Below are positions 45,103 to 57,100 of a stretch of DNA of 64,000 nt, in pieces (position 1 is the stretch's first letter; the number at the start of each line of letters is the position of its first letter). The DNA lies in contig JACPKQ010000010.1 of the NCBI GenBank assembly GCA_016186995.1, positions 2,970-66,969 on the forward strand, read 5' to 3'. This stretch comes from Deltaproteobacteria bacterium. Its GTDB lineage: Bacteria; Bdellovibrionota; JACOXK01. The notes under the pieces were generated by a model that saw only the letters and a list, made by a program, of their open reading frames with translations, was not told where the DNA came from and did no database searches. Made by a program: the position numbers and the translations under genes.

Positions 45103-47277
45103 TTATAGCTTTTCAAGCGGTGTATAGGCAAGAACAAACTTTTTGATTTCACCATTGAGAAATCGAATGGTTGCTTTATCTTGTGAACAATCCACAATTT
45201 CTCCTTTGCCAAAGGCGGGGTGAGAAACTCGTTCACCTCTTTTAAAAGGAGTTGCTATACCTTGAATCGTTTTTGACCCAGAAACAAAACTTGTTGGTAT
45301 TTCGTCATCGTCGTGATGAAATTTTCTTTTTTGAGACTTAAATTGAGGGGCAAGGGATGTAATATCTAATGTTTGTAGATACTTTTCAGGTATTTCTTCC
45401 AAAAACCGTGAGGAATCATTAAATTGGGGTGATCCATAAACTCTTCGATATCGAGTTCTTGTTAAAAAGAGTTTTTCTTTAGCACGCGTCATACCCACAT
45501 AAAAAAGTCGCCTTTCTTCCTCAATTTCATCTTCGTCCATCAATGCTTGTGAGTGAGGTAAAAGCCCCTCTTCCATGCCTACAATAAAGACATTTGGAAA
45601 CTCTAACCCTTTAGCAGCATGTGCTGTTAAAAGTTTAATAGTTGGGGTGTTTTCATCAAGGTTATCTAAATCTGAAGAAAGGGTCACTTGTTCAACAAAC
45701 CCTGACAACGTTGGGTTTTCGGATCGCTCTTCAAACTCTTGAATAGCAACCATAAGCTCTTCTAAGTTTTCAATTCGTGATTGTGCTTGAAGAGTTTTTT
45801 CGGCTTTTAAAAGAACAAGATATTTTGTTTTTTCACAAACATCCTTAAGAATATCCGAGGGCGGCTTGCTTTTTGAACTTTGAATTAACTCGCCAATGAG
45901 TTTTATAAAATTCTCAAGCCCGGTTCTTTGTTTTTTTTGAAGAACTTGTGTTGGGATAAGGTTTTGAGATGCTTCATAGAGAGAAATATTTTTATATGTT
46001 GCAAAGGTTGTTATTTTTTCAATACTTGTTTTTCCAATTTTTCTTGCTGGCACGTTTAAAACCCTTAAGAAACTTATAGAGTCGTGTGGGTTTAAAATAA
46101 GCTTTAGATAAGCAAGAAGATCTTTAATTTCTTTTCTTTCATAAAACCTAAATCCACCAAAAACTTGATAGTTTATATTGTTTTTTCTAAGAACGTCTTC
46201 TAAAACACGGGAAAGCGCATTAACTCTGTAGAATATTGCACAATCATTATAGTTATAGTTCTCTTCTAAACATAATTTTTTGATTTCTTGGATAATAAAT
46301 TCGGCTTCTGTGTATTCATCATCTACAACCCACACATGAATAGCATCACCCTCATTGTTTTCTGTCCAAAGGGATTTAGCATGTCTATCTTTGTTGTGTG
46401 AAATCATATGTTTTGCCGCCTCAATAATATTTTTTGTAGATCGATAATTTTGTTCAAGCTTAATAATTTTTGCATGAGCATAGTCTTTTTCAAAATCTAA
46501 AATATTATTAATATCAGCCCCTCGCCAGCGGTAGATAGACTGATCTTCATCTCCTACGACACAAATATTTTGATGTGCTTTTGCAATGCTATCAGCAAAA
46601 AGATACTGAATGCGGTTAGTGTCTTGATACTCGTCAATAAGAACATATTGGAATTGATCTTGGTATTCAGAAAGAGTTTCGGGTTTTTGCTTAAAAAGTA
46701 AAACAGTTTGTAAAAGTAAATCTCCAAAATCCATGGCATTGTTTTTTTTAAGTTCAGATTGGTACCGCGCATAGACTTGAGAAACTTTTTCTTCAAAGAA
46801 ATTAAGGCTTTTTTGGGCATAGTCTTGGGGCAAAAGCCCCTTGTTTTTGGCTCTATCTATATAGGCTTGAACAGCCTTTGGGTGAGTTGTGTTTGCATCA
46901 ATGTTCATTTCTTTAAGGCATGCTTTTACAAGCGAGAGAGAGTCTTGATCGTCAAAAATAGTAAAGGGGTTTGAATAGCCCAAAGCTTCAGCATGTTTTC
47001 TTAAGATCCGCACACAAGTACTGTGAAATGTGCCTATCCACAGCTTGTCTACAGATCTGTTGATAAGTGAAGACACGCGAAATTTTATTTCTTGAGCAGC
47101 CTTGTTTGTAAACGTAAGAGCTAGAATATTGAATGGGTTTATTTTATTTTCTTTGATGAGATATGCTATTTTATAAGTAATAACACGCGTTTTACCACTT
47201 CCAGCACCTGCTAAAATGAGTAACGGCCCTTTATTATATTCGACAGCCTCTACTTGTTGTGGATTTAAACCTTGCAC
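45103..47277 (-). CDS. pcrA: ATP-dependent DNA helicase PcrA/UvrD family
   Basis: Motif I LILAGAGSGKTRVITYKIAYL. Motif II VLIDEYQDTN. 724 aa. Confidence 0.9.
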   Translation of the reverse strand: MQGLNPQQVEAVEYNKGPLLILAGAGSGKTRVITYKIAYLIKENKINPFNILALTFTNKAAQEIKFRVSSLINRSVDKLWIGTFHSTCVRILRKHAEALGYSNPFTIFDDQDSLSLVKACLKEMNIDANTTHPKAVQAYIDRAKNKGLLPQDYAQKSLNFFEEKVSQVYARYQSELKKNNAMDFGDLLLQTVLLFKQKPETLSEYQDQFQYVLIDEYQDTNRIQYLFADSIAKAHQNICVVGDEDQSIYRWRGADINNILDFEKDYAHAKIIKLEQNYRSTKNIIEAAKHMISHNKDRHAKSLWTENNEGDAIHVWVVDDEYTEAEFIIQEIKKLCLEENYNYNDCAIFYRVNALSRVLEDVLRKNNINYQVFGGFRFYERKEIKDLLAYLKLILNPHDSISFLRVLNVPARKIGKTSIEKITTFATYKNISLYEASQNLIPTQVLQKKQRTGLENFIKLIGELIQSSKSKPPSDILKDVCEKTKYLVLLKAEKTLQAQSRIENLEELMVAIQEFEERSENPTLSGFVEQVTLSSDLDNLDENTPTIKLLTAHAAKGLEFPNVFIVGMEEGLLPHSQALMDEDEIEEERRLFYVGMTRAKEKLFLTRTRYRRVYGSPQFNDSSRFLEEIPEKYLQTLDITSLAPQFKSQKRKFHHDDDEIPTSFVSGSKTIQGIATPFKRGERVSHPAFGKGEIVDCSQDKATIRFLNGEIKKFVLAYTPLEKL

Positions 47278-47286
47278 TTCATTTTC

Positions 47287-49083
47287 TTATTCGACTGTAA
47301 CACTTTTTGCAAGGTTTCGAGGTTGATCCACATCTGTGCCCTTAAATCGTGCCATGTAATAGGCGAAAAGTTGAATGGGAATAGAATAAAGAAAAGGATT
47401 AATATGCCATTGTGCCAGAGGCAAGATAATATTATCGTCTGCAATTTTAATAGGCTTTTGTGAGATAGCAATCACGATACCTTCTCTCGCTTTTACTTCT
47501 TCAACGTTACTCATCATTTTTTCAAAAATACTATCATTTTGAAGAAGTGCTATAACAGGCAGCTCTTGATCTACAAGGGCAATAGGTCCATGTTTCATTT
47601 CTCCTGCAGGATAACCATGGGCTTGAATATAGGCAATTTCTTTAAGTTTTAGTGCCCCCTCTAATGCTATAGGATAAAGAATGTCTCTTCCCATATAAAG
47701 TGCTGCCAGTTTTTGATAATATTTAGAAGCAATATTCTTAATTTTTTCAGCTTGGGAGAGAACCTGTTCCATGTAGGAAGGAATTTTTGTAAGTTCTAAA
47801 ATCTCTTTTGAAACATTTTTATTTTTTTGGGCTAAATAAAGAGAAAGTAAATTAAAAATAAGAATTTGTGTTGTAAAAGCTTTTGTTGAGGCAACGCCAA
47901 TTTCTGGGCCAGCCTCTGTGTAAATAATCTGATCTGCAGCTCTTGCTATAGAACTTTCCTTGGCGTTGCAAATAGCAAGAGTTTTAATTCCACGCTCTTT
48001 GGCTAATTGGAGAGCTGCAAGGCTATCAGCTGTTTCACCTGATTGTGAAGTAACAATGAGAAGATCATTTTCTTTAAGAATAGGATTTCGATATCGAAAC
48101 TCGGAAGCTAAATCGATTTCAGCTCGAATATTCGCAAATTTTTCTAAGAGATATTTTCCTATAAGAGAAGCATGCCAAGCAGTTCCACATGCAATAAGAT
48201 AAATAGTTTGAACATTATTAAAAAAAGCTTCTTCTAAAGGAAGAAGGACTTTATCGTGATTTTCTGAGAGATTTCCAGAAAGGGTGTGAATAATAGCTTG
48301 AGGTTGTTCGTAAATTTCTTTTAGCATGAAATGTTCAAACCCAGCTTTTTCTATCGTTTGGGCTGACCATGTAATTGTTGTTATTTTTTTTGAGATGTGC
48401 TCCCCCTTCATATTTTGAAACTCAACACGATGTGGGGTTAAGATAGCAGTTTCATAATCATCCAGATAAGCGACTTGTTTTGTAAAAGAAAGAAGTGCTG
48501 GAATATCTGAAGCAAGAAAATATTCTTTTTTGCCAATACCAATAACAAGAGGAGAAGCTTTTTTAGCTGCAACAAGTTTTTCAGGCTCAAGCTCATTCAT
48601 AACGACAATAGCATAAGAGCCTTGCAACTTCCGTAAAGCTTTTTGAACAGATTCTTCTAGAGTTTTAGATTTTTCAGATTCTTTTTTAATAAGGCATGCT
48701 ATAACTTCCGTATCTGTTTCTGACTGAAATGTATAGCCCTGAGCACGCAATTCTTTTTTAAGTTCTATGTAGTTTTCGATAATACCATTATGAACAACAG
48801 TAATATTTCCTACTTGATGTGGGTGGGCATTAATAGTTGAGGGTTTTCCGTGTGTAGCCCAACGTGTATGACCCAGCGCTATCGTGCTTTTGATGCTGAC
48901 GTTTTTAATTTGGTTTTCAAGTTGTGCAACTTTACCCTTACACTTTTCAATATGAGTTTTTCCATTTTCAAGCCAGGCAACACCAGCTGAATCATATCCT
49001 CTGTATTCAAGGTGTTTTAAACCCGTGAGAAGCACTTCCTTGGGATCGCGAAAAGTACCAATATAACCAACAATGCCACACAT
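47287..49083 (-). CDS. glmS: glutamine--fructose-6-phosphate aminotransferase
   Basis: N-terminal MCGIVGYIG (Ntn Cys). Two SIS domains. C-terminal VTVE. Confidence 0.95.
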   Translation of the reverse strand: MCGIVGYIGTFRDPKEVLLTGLKHLEYRGYDSAGVAWLENGKTHIEKCKGKVAQLENQIKNVSIKSTIALGHTRWATHGKPSTINAHPHQVGNITVVHNGIIENYIELKKELRAQGYTFQSETDTEVIACLIKKESEKSKTLEESVQKALRKLQGSYAIVVMNELEPEKLVAAKKASPLVIGIGKKEYFLASDIPALLSFTKQVAYLDDYETAILTPHRVEFQNMKGEHISKKITTITWSAQTIEKAGFEHFMLKEIYEQPQAIIHTLSGNLSENHDKVLLPLEEAFFNNVQTIYLIACGTAWHASLIGKYLLEKFANIRAEIDLASEFRYRNPILKENDLLIVTSQSGETADSLAALQLAKERGIKTLAICNAKESSIARAADQIIYTEAGPEIGVASTKAFTTQILIFNLLSLYLAQKNKNVSKEILELTKIPSYMEQVLSQAEKIKNIASKYYQKLAALYMGRDILYPIALEGALKLKEIAYIQAHGYPAGEMKHGPIALVDQELPVIALLQNDSIFEKMMSNVEEVKAREGIVIAISQKPIKIADDNIILPLAQWHINPFLYSIPIQLFAYYMARFKGTDVDQPRNLAKSVTVE

Positions 49084-49086
49084 AAA

Positions 49087-50478
49087 TTATTTTTTTTGAA
49101 AACCTTTTATTTTCTTAAGTGTTTTGGCGTAGCCTTTAATATTCGTTTGTCGAGTGCGGGCAATAGCTAAATCATTTTCTGGGACATTTTTTGTAATAGT
49201 AGAGCCTGATCCAACGTAAGCATTTTTCCCAATCTTAACTGGAGCTACAAGTTGAACGTCGCTTCCTATAAAAGCACCGTCACTGACTGTGGATTTATGT
49301 TTTTGAAAACCATCATAATTGCAGGTGATCACACCACAACCAATATTAACATGCGCGCCGATATGAGCATCACCAAGATAGGATAAATGGTTTGCTTTAG
49401 AGTTTTTACCTAATGTCGTTTTTTTAAGTTCAACAAAATTTCCAACTCGAGCATTTTCTTCAACAATTGAAAGAGGTCTTAAATGAGCCATGGGCCCAAC
49501 TGTTACATTCTTTTTAAGGGTACTTTCTTCAATGACACTGCTTTGTTTAATATGACACCCCTCTCCAATTTCTGAGTTTTCTATAAAACAGTGACTTTCA
49601 ACAATAGTATTTTTAGAAATTTTTGATTTCCCTTTAAGATGCGTATTTGGATGAATAGTAACATCGTTTTCAATCTCAACATCATTATCAATATAAATAT
49701 TTTCTGAGTTAATAAGAGTAACCCCATTTAGCATGTGTTTTTCATTAATATTTTTTTGAATTTGAGAACGAATGAGTTCTAAGTCTTTTCTGTCATTAAC
49801 CCCAAAGATCTCTAAGTTGTTTGAAGTTTTATAAACATAAGCTTCTTCAGAAAAAGATACTAAATCTGTTAAATAGAATTCATTTTTTTTATTTTTATTA
49901 CTAATATTTTTAATGGCGTGTTTTAGAAATGAAGATTTGACACAATAAATACCAGCATTAACTTCTTTAATGTGTTTTTCTTCAATTGAAGCATCTTTTT
50001 CCTCTACTATTTTGAAAACCTTATTGTGACCTGTTCGTATAATTCTTCCATAAGCGGGAGGTGTTTTAAACTCAGCTGAAATAAGAGAAATGTCTGCTCG
50101 GTTTTCCTCATGAAAAGAAATAAGTTTTTCAAGCGTTTCGTGGCGCAACAAAGGGGCATCGCCATTAATAATAAGTATATCATTTTCTCCTTTAAACTTA
50201 GCTAAGCCTGCTTTAACAGCATCAGCTGTTCCAAGTGCTTTTTTTTGAGGAGCAAAAATAATATTTTTAAAATATTTTTTAATAGAAGATTGAAGCTCTT
50301 CTTTTTTGTGCCCGACAACAACAATAATTTTATGAATGCCTGCGTCTTGTAAAGCTTTCAAAGGATAAAAAATAAGAGGCCGCCCACAAACTTCATGAAG
50401 CGTTTTTTGTTTTTCAGATTTCATGCGCGTGGAAAGTCCAGCCGCAAGCACAAAAGCCGTAAGTTGTTTTCTTGGCAT
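49087..50478 (-). CDS. glmU: bifunctional GlcNAc-1-P uridyltransferase / GlcN-1-P acetyltransferase
   Basis: N-terminal LAAGLSTRMKS nucleotidyltransferase motif. C-terminal left-handed beta-helix hexapeptide repeats. 463 aa. Confidence 0.95.
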   Translation of the reverse strand: MPRKQLTAFVLAAGLSTRMKSEKQKTLHEVCGRPLIFYPLKALQDAGIHKIIVVVGHKKEELQSSIKKYFKNIIFAPQKKALGTADAVKAGLAKFKGENDILIINGDAPLLRHETLEKLISFHEENRADISLISAEFKTPPAYGRIIRTGHNKVFKIVEEKDASIEEKHIKEVNAGIYCVKSSFLKHAIKNISNKNKKNEFYLTDLVSFSEEAYVYKTSNNLEIFGVNDRKDLELIRSQIQKNINEKHMLNGVTLINSENIYIDNDVEIENDVTIHPNTHLKGKSKISKNTIVESHCFIENSEIGEGCHIKQSSVIEESTLKKNVTVGPMAHLRPLSIVEENARVGNFVELKKTTLGKNSKANHLSYLGDAHIGAHVNIGCGVITCNYDGFQKHKSTVSDGAFIGSDVQLVAPVKIGKNAYVGSGSTITKNVPENDLAIARTRQTNIKGYAKTLKKIKGFQKK

Positions 50479-50522
50479 AGGGGAGAAAGATTAACGAGTT
50501 CTTATACTTACGTCAATGTCCT

Positions 50523-50990
50523 CTAGAAAGGAATGTCATCATCTGTGGCGCCAAAAGAAGGCTCTGGATTTTTGTCAAAAACGGAAGCCGCTGTTGTCGT
50601 GGCATCATCTTGCATATCAGCATGAGGAGATTTTCCGTTTTCTCCGGAGCCCTTTCCAAGAAACTGCACTGTTTGTCCCACAACTTCTGTTGTGTAGCGT
50701 TTCTGCCCTTCTTTATCTTCCCAAGAACGAGTTTGTATACGTCCTTCAAGGTAAACTTGGCGCCCCTTGCTTAAATACTGTCCGCAAAGTTCTCCGAGCT
50801 TTCCCCACACAACAACTCGATGCCATTCTGTGCGTTCTTGTCGCTCACCTTCTTGGGTTGCCCAGCTTTCACTTGTTGCAATACTAAAACGAGCCATTGC
50901 TTTGCCATTTTTAGTATAGCGAACTTCTGGGTCTCCACCGAGATGACCTAATAGAATAACTTTATTAACTCCGCTCATGAAGCCCATCAT
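50523..50990 (-). CDS. ssb: single-stranded DNA-binding protein
   Basis: OB fold [20 protein letters not shown]. Gly/acidic-rich tail ending DDDIPF. Confidence 0.9.
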   Translation of the reverse strand: MMGFMSGVNKVILLGHLGGDPEVRYTKNGKAMARFSIATSESWATQEGERQERTEWHRVVVWGKLGELCGQYLSKGRQVYLEGRIQTRSWEDKEGQKRYTTEVVGQTVQFLGKGSGENGKSPHADMQDDATTTAASVFDKNPEPSFGATDDDIPF

Positions 50991-51083
50991 AGGAGGAAGC
51001 TTTCTCGATCGTCAAGCGCTTTTATTAAAGCATGTTAAAAAGGTGGCCTGGACAATAAAGGCGCTTAAAACTATAGTGTTTGT

Positions 51084-51854
51084 ATGGGGTCCCCACGATT
51101 TAAAGAACTTGATGTCCTTTTAAAAGTGTATAGAAAAAATCCTCAGTCAAAAATTTTTGCGCCCATTGCAGAAATGTATCGAAAAAACGGATTAGTGGAT
51201 GAGGCAAAAGCATTGTGTGAACGAGGACTTTCTTTTCACCCAGATTATGTGGCAGGCAAAATGGCTCATGCAGCGGCTCTTGTGGATAACGGAGAGCTTA
51301 AAGAAGCTCTTTCAGTGCTTCAAGAAGTTATTGTTGAAAGACCACACAGTATTTTAGCCCACACACTTCTTATAAAAATATATACTAAGTTGAGTTTAGA
51401 AGAGAAATTACAGGAAACAGAAGAACATCTTTCAAAAATCAACCCTTATTTTTCAAAATTAATAAAAACAGAAAAACCTCAAAAAACAAAAACCACAACG
51501 AGAACTGCAAGTATTGAAGGCTTTCAAGTTCAATCTATTCATAATATTTTTTCTTCTGCAGAACCCCACGAAAAAGTATTAGCTCCTACACAAGGAGATA
51601 AAAAATATTATACTCTTTCATTAGCGCAAATCTATGAGAAGCAAGGTCATTTTGATAAAGCACTTTATATTTATGAAGATCTTTGTAATCTTTATCCAGA
51701 CAAGGAAGACTTTTTTCATAAAAAAGAAAGTTTAAAACAACAGCTAAAAAAACAAACCATTATTCCAAATCCTCCTTCTGAAGACGAAAGAGCCTCTGAA
51801 AGAGCTGTAGCGCTCCAAAACATACTCAAAAATATTAAGGATGTTAAACCCTGA
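51084..51854 (+). CDS. TPR-repeat protein, function unknown
   Basis: Helical TPR-like repeats in both the N- and C-terminal halves. No signal peptide. 256 aa. Confidence 0.55.
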   Translation: MGSPRFKELDVLLKVYRKNPQSKIFAPIAEMYRKNGLVDEAKALCERGLSFHPDYVAGKMAHAAALVDNGELKEALSVLQEVIVERPHSILAHTLLIKIYTKLSLEEKLQETEEHLSKINPYFSKLIKTEKPQKTKTTTRTASIEGFQVQSIHNIFSSAEPHEKVLAPTQGDKKYYTLSLAQIYEKQGHFDKALYIYEDLCNLYPDKEDFFHKKESLKQQLKKQTIIPNPPSEDERASERAVALQNILKNIKDVKP

Positions 51855-51863
51855 GGTAAGTTT

Positions 51864-52316
51864 GTGATTAAGCTTTTAGTAGTACATGGACCCAATCTCA
51901 ATCTTTTGGGACAAAGACAAAAAGATATTTATGGAGATAAGTCCCTTATTTTTATCAATGAAAAAATAAAAGAAGAGGCTTTAAAAAAAGATGTGCTTCT
52001 TGATATTTTTCAGAGCAACTCTGAAGGAAAAATGATCGATTTTATTCAAGAAAAAAAAGTGGAAAGTAGTGGCATGATTATTAATCCAGGCGGCTATTCA
52101 CACACAAGTGTTGCTCTTTATGATGCACTTTTGGCTTATGAAAAACCAGTTATAGAAGTTCATTTAAGTAATCCACTCAAACGCGAGACCTTTCGGGAGC
52201 CTTTGTTGACTGCGAAAGCGTGTTGTGGTGTTATCCTTGGCTTTGGATGGAGATCCTATATTGTGGGTCTTCATGAGGTTATAGAGCTTATGAGAAAGGC
52301 AAGAAAAAATGGTTAA
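51864..52316 (+). CDS. aroQ: type II 3-dehydroquinate dehydratase
   Basis: [52 protein letters not shown]. Confidence 0.9.
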   Translation: MIKLLVVHGPNLNLLGQRQKDIYGDKSLIFINEKIKEEALKKDVLLDIFQSNSEGKMIDFIQEKKVESSGMIINPGGYSHTSVALYDALLAYEKPVIEVHLSNPLKRETFREPLLTAKACCGVILGFGWRSYIVGLHEVIELMRKARKNG

Positions 52317-52788
52317 TATTAAACACTTAAAACAGCTTCTCAATCTTCTTCAAGGCACAGACATTTCAGAGCTTGAGATAGAAGAAAACGGAGAAAAAAT
52401 TAAAATAAAAAGAGGTTTTTCAGAAGAGAAACCCTCTGTTTGTTATAGTGAACGCCCCTTGAATATTCAAAAGGAAACGCAAACTCAAAACAGCACTCAA
52501 GAGTTCAAGTTAAATTCAGAGAAAAATGGAGAAATAAAAAAAGATTTAGATATTAAATCTCCGTTTGTGGGTACTTTTTATAGAGCTAACTCTCCCGAGA
52601 ATGCTCCTTATGTTGAAGAAGGTTCTATTGTTAAAAAAGGAGATGTTCTTTGTATTGTAGAAGCTATGAAACTCATGAATGAAATTGAATCAGAGCTTGA
52701 TGGTAAAGTAACTGCTGTTCTTGTGGACAACGGAAATCCTGTAGAATATGGGCAAAGTTTGTTTCATGTTCGACCCCTTGAAAACTAA
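52309..52788 (+). CDS. accB: biotin carboxyl carrier protein of acetyl-CoA carboxylase
   Basis: Biotinylation motif [15 protein letters not shown]. aroQ-accB-accC synteny as in E. coli. Confidence 0.9.
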   Translation: MVNIKHLKQLLNLLQGTDISELEIEENGEKIKIKRGFSEEKPSVCYSERPLNIQKETQTQNSTQEFKLNSEKNGEIKKDLDIKSPFVGTFYRANSPENAPYVEEGSIVKKGDVLCIVEAMKLMNEIESELDGKVTAVLVDNGNPVEYGQSLFHVRPLEN

Positions 52789-54131
52789 TGTATAAAAAAA
52801 TTCTTATTGCGAATCGTGGCGAAATTGCACTTCGGGTTATTAGAGCCTGTCGGCAGTTAGGCATTAAAACAGTTGCTATTCATTCTGTGGCTGATCAAGC
52901 CTCTTTGCATGTTAAATTAGCTGATGAAAGTGTGTGTGTAGGGCCTGCCGAGGTTTCTAAAAGTTATCTTCATGTTCCTTCAATTCTTTCTGCTGCTGAG
53001 GTAACAGGGAGCGATGCTATTCATCCAGGCTATGGTTTTTTGGCTGAAAACCATGAGTTTGCAGAAAGGTGTGAACAATGTGGAGTTCGTTTTATTGGGC
53101 CCACACCTAAGAATATAGAGCTTATGGGAAACAAGATTAAAGCAAAGCAGTTGGTAGAGGAACTTGATATTCCCACTATTCCCGGAAGCACTACCAAGAT
53201 GAAATCTGAAAAGGAAGCTGTCTTGGTTGCAAATGAACTAGGCTACCCCATTCTCCTTAAGGCAGCGCTGGGTGGTGGTGGGCGTGGTATGAGAGTGATT
53301 CATAATGAAAACGAACTTAAAAAATCTTTGTCACTAGTTCGAAATGAAGTTCTTGCTCATTTTGGAAATCCGGACATTTATATTGAGAAATATCTTGAAG
53401 GCCCTCGTCACATAGAAGTTCAAATTGTGGCTGACCAACATGGGACTGTTCTTCATTTGGGAGAACGCGAGTGTTCTTTACAAAGAAATTATCAAAAAAT
53501 TTTAGAAGAAGCCCCTTGTGCTTTTTTAGATCAAGGAATAAGAGAAAAAATTTTGAGAGACGCTGTGAGAATTGCTTCTACCATTCAATATAAAAATGTT
53601 GGAACTATTGAATTTTTGGTTTCAGGACAAGATTACTATTTTATTGAAATGAACACCCGTATCCAAGTAGAACACCCGGTTACAGAAATGGTAACGGGCA
53701 TTGATCTTATAAAAACACAGATTCAGGTTTCTTTGGGCGAAGCGTTGTCTTGGAAGCAAGAAGATATCCATTTTAATGGACACTCTATGGAGTGTCGTAT
53801 TAATGCTGAAGATCCGGAAACAATGATGCCATTTCCAGGAGAAATAAAAGACTATCATGTTCCAGGGGGCATTGGAGTAAGAGTTGATGCAGCTTTATAT
53901 GATGGGTGTTCTATTTTACCTTATTATGATTCTTTAATAGCCAAACTCATTGTTCATGGGGATAATAGGGCTGAAGTAATTAACAAGATGAAACATGCTT
54001 TGAATGAGTATATTATTGGAGGTATTAAAACAAACATCCCTCTATTTAAAAAAATACTGGAAAACCCAAGTTTTATTGGTGGAGAAGTGAACACCTCCTT
54101 TTTAAAAAGGTTTTTACAAAAAACAACCTAA
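52788..54131 (+). CDS. accC: acetyl-CoA carboxylase biotin carboxylase subunit
   Basis: [24 protein letters not shown]-grasp core. 447 aa. Confidence 0.95.
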   Translation: MYKKILIANRGEIALRVIRACRQLGIKTVAIHSVADQASLHVKLADESVCVGPAEVSKSYLHVPSILSAAEVTGSDAIHPGYGFLAENHEFAERCEQCGVRFIGPTPKNIELMGNKIKAKQLVEELDIPTIPGSTTKMKSEKEAVLVANELGYPILLKAALGGGGRGMRVIHNENELKKSLSLVRNEVLAHFGNPDIYIEKYLEGPRHIEVQIVADQHGTVLHLGERECSLQRNYQKILEEAPCAFLDQGIREKILRDAVRIASTIQYKNVGTIEFLVSGQDYYFIEMNTRIQVEHPVTEMVTGIDLIKTQIQVSLGEALSWKQEDIHFNGHSMECRINAEDPETMMPFPGEIKDYHVPGGIGVRVDAALYDGCSILPYYDSLIAKLIVHGDNRAEVINKMKHALNEYIIGGIKTNIPLFKKILENPSFIGGEVNTSFLKRFLQKTT

Positions 54132-54143
54132 TTTTTTACTGTT

Positions 54144-57100
54144 ATGAAAAGAATCGTTAGCCTTTTTTTAGTGATTCTTATTTTATCTTTTTCTAGTTTT
54201 GTTTATTTAACAAAACAGCCTTTTTTCCAGCAGTATTTGAAAAGACTTGTTTATGAATATGCCGAAAAAGAGTTTAAAAGAAAGATAGAATTTAAAACCC
54301 TTTCCATAGGGTTTTTGGGCCCTACCATTTATTCTGATGAGGTTTCTGTTTCTAAAAAAAACGAGAGTTTGTTTTTAAAAAGTATAAAGGCGCGAGTGAG
54401 TATTTTAGCCCTTTTAAAGGGGCAATTTAAAATTTCTTCTATTTATGGATATCAAGGAAAATTTCAATCTGTATTAGAGAATAACAAAGGTCAAGGAAAA
54501 CCCCCAGATATTTTCGGTAGTTTTTTAATTCCAAAATTTGAATTTGAAAAAATAGATTTTGAAATAAAATCTCAAAATAGTGATGAAATTTTTATTTCAA
54601 ACGCTTCTATCGAAGGAAATCAAAAATCTGAAGTTGTTTTCCTCAAATTAAATTTTCCCAAAATAAATTTTAAGTATAAAAATCTAGAAAGAACTCATCT
54701 CTCCCTCAATGTGAGGGGAGATGTTTCCCCAAAACGGATTTATTTAAAGAATTTTTTGTTAAAAGAGAATAATAACAAACTGAACTTAAGTGGATATTAT
54801 CATTTTAATAAGAAACAAAAGCTTGATATTCAGTTTGATTCAAATTTCGATGTTAAAAGTCTTCACGATATTCTACCCCAAGTTAAAATCTTGAGTGGGC
54901 ATGGAAGATCTGTGGGAAGTCTTAAGGGGATATTAGATGCCCCTGTTCTTCAGTTTTCATCGCAGTTTGAAAGTATTTTTGTAGGCCCCCAAGAACTTAA
55001 AGAAGCTCAATTTTCTTTTTTGTTAAAGGATAAAGTAATTCAAATTACAAATTTAGAATCCTATAAAACAGTTCGGGGGGGTGTAGAAATAAAACTGAGC
55101 GATCCTTTAAATGTCAGGGGAAGCCTTCACCTTTCCCAAACCCCCCTAGAAAATATTTATTATCTTAAGGAATTAGGTATTTTAGGTAAGGCAACCGGTC
55201 CTGTTAAATTTGTGATTGATGGAAATCAAAAATACCCTGCTTTTTTAGAGAGTGATCTTTTGGTGGAAGGTTTTCAAAGCCCAGTGGGGCAGGTTGTTGA
55301 TATTCAAAACTTTCAACTCAGTGCCAAGTATTCTATTGGTGGAGAAGGGCTGTTAGTAGAAAGCGGAAAGATAAACCGTGGTAAAACTGTATGGAAGATC
55401 AAAAAATCTCAAGTTGGTTTTGGGGCGCGCCCACTTCATTTTGAAATTACCTCGGAAAATTATAGATGGGCAGATTTCCCCCTTTCTCCTATTAAAGAAA
55501 GTTTTGATGCCCAGGGTCATGTGCGCGTTTTATTTGAAGGAAAAACCAAAGATCTAAAAATAGAAAGTAGTTTTGATCTTAATAATATTAAGTTTTTAGG
55601 ACTTTCCTGTGAGGGACTTCAAAGCAAGATTTCTTTTAATAAGTCTATTCTTACAATTCTTGAAGCAAAAGCATTTCAAGAAGATTCTTTTTTAAGCCTT
55701 AATGGGCAATATGATTTTATAGAAAAAGAATTTAAAAATACAAAGATTCATTCAAACAAAGTTTCTGTAAAAGATTTTATCCAGGCGGGTGTAGCTATTC
55801 CTTTTTCACTAGAGGGGCTTTTTGAAGTTGATCTTAATGTTCAAGGGTCTCTTACAAGAAAAAATATATTTTTGGAAGGAGAAATTAAAGGTAGAAACAC
55901 AAGAATTTTAAAGGAAAGTTTTGAGAAGGTGTCTATTTCTTTTTCTCAAAAAAATGGGAAAACTTTTTTAAAGAAATCTCAGTTTTCAAAAGGCGGAGGT
56001 GTTTTAAATATAAGTGGTGTTATTTTTGAAAACAATGAGTGTTTGTTAGATTTTAAAACAGAAAACTTTGTTTCTCAGTCTTTCGATTTTTTATCTCAGT
56101 ATCCTTTTTTCATTTCTGCCCGCGTTGATTTTTTGGGAAGCTTAAGAGGAAACATTTTTAATCCCAAAGGAAAGGCAAAACTTCATTTTTCAAAATCAAA
56201 TCTTAATGGAGAGGCTCTTAAAAACTCAACTTACGAAATGAGTTTAGAGAATAAAAGTCTCAATGTAAAAGGAGAAGTTTTTGAAGGAGAGGCCTCTTTA
56301 ACATCTCAAATAAAACTTGATGCCCCCTATTTTTATAAGATACATTTACAAGGGAAAAACTTCAATTTTAAACCCTTTTACGGGCTTATCAGGGGTTTTG
56401 TAAGTGAAGGAGTGGGAATTATTGACGGAAGTATTTTAGCAGAGGGATCTTTGGAATCCCCATTGGTAAATACTTTAGAAGTTAAAATCAATAAATTTAA
56501 AATCAACCTCCCCGGATATTTTTTAGAATCTAAAACCCCTTTTCAAGTTTCTTATAAAAACAACGAGTTAGAGGTGGGTAAGGTTTATTTTTTTGGAACG
56601 GAAACAGAGTTTGTTTTTTCTGGCAAGAAAGATAAAAATGGAACGCTTGATTTTGACGGCAAAGGAGCCCTAAACATTGCCTTTCTCCCCCTCTTTGTAA
56701 AAGAAGTAGAAAGGGGAAGTGGACTTTTAAATGTTTCTTTTTCTCTTAAAGGATCTGCAGAAAACCCGCTTCTCTTGGGGTATGTGAGAACAGAAAATAG
56801 TTCTATAAGGTCAAGAACACTGAAACAAGGCATCAGTAATTTAAATTTAGATATAAAACTTCATAACCAAGAAATTATTTTTGAAAAAGCTATCTTTGAT
56901 CTGCCGAGAGGTAAGGCAAAGCTGGGTGGCAATGTTCTTCTTTCTAAAATAAGGGAACCAGAATTTAACATTTCTCTAGAATTAGAAAAAGGTCGGATTT
57001 CTTTTTTTGAAGATCTTTTTTCAACAATGAGTGGAACTTTATTTTTAGAAGGAAAATCGCCTTTTCTTATAAGAGGAGACCTAGAAGTTTCAAAAATAGA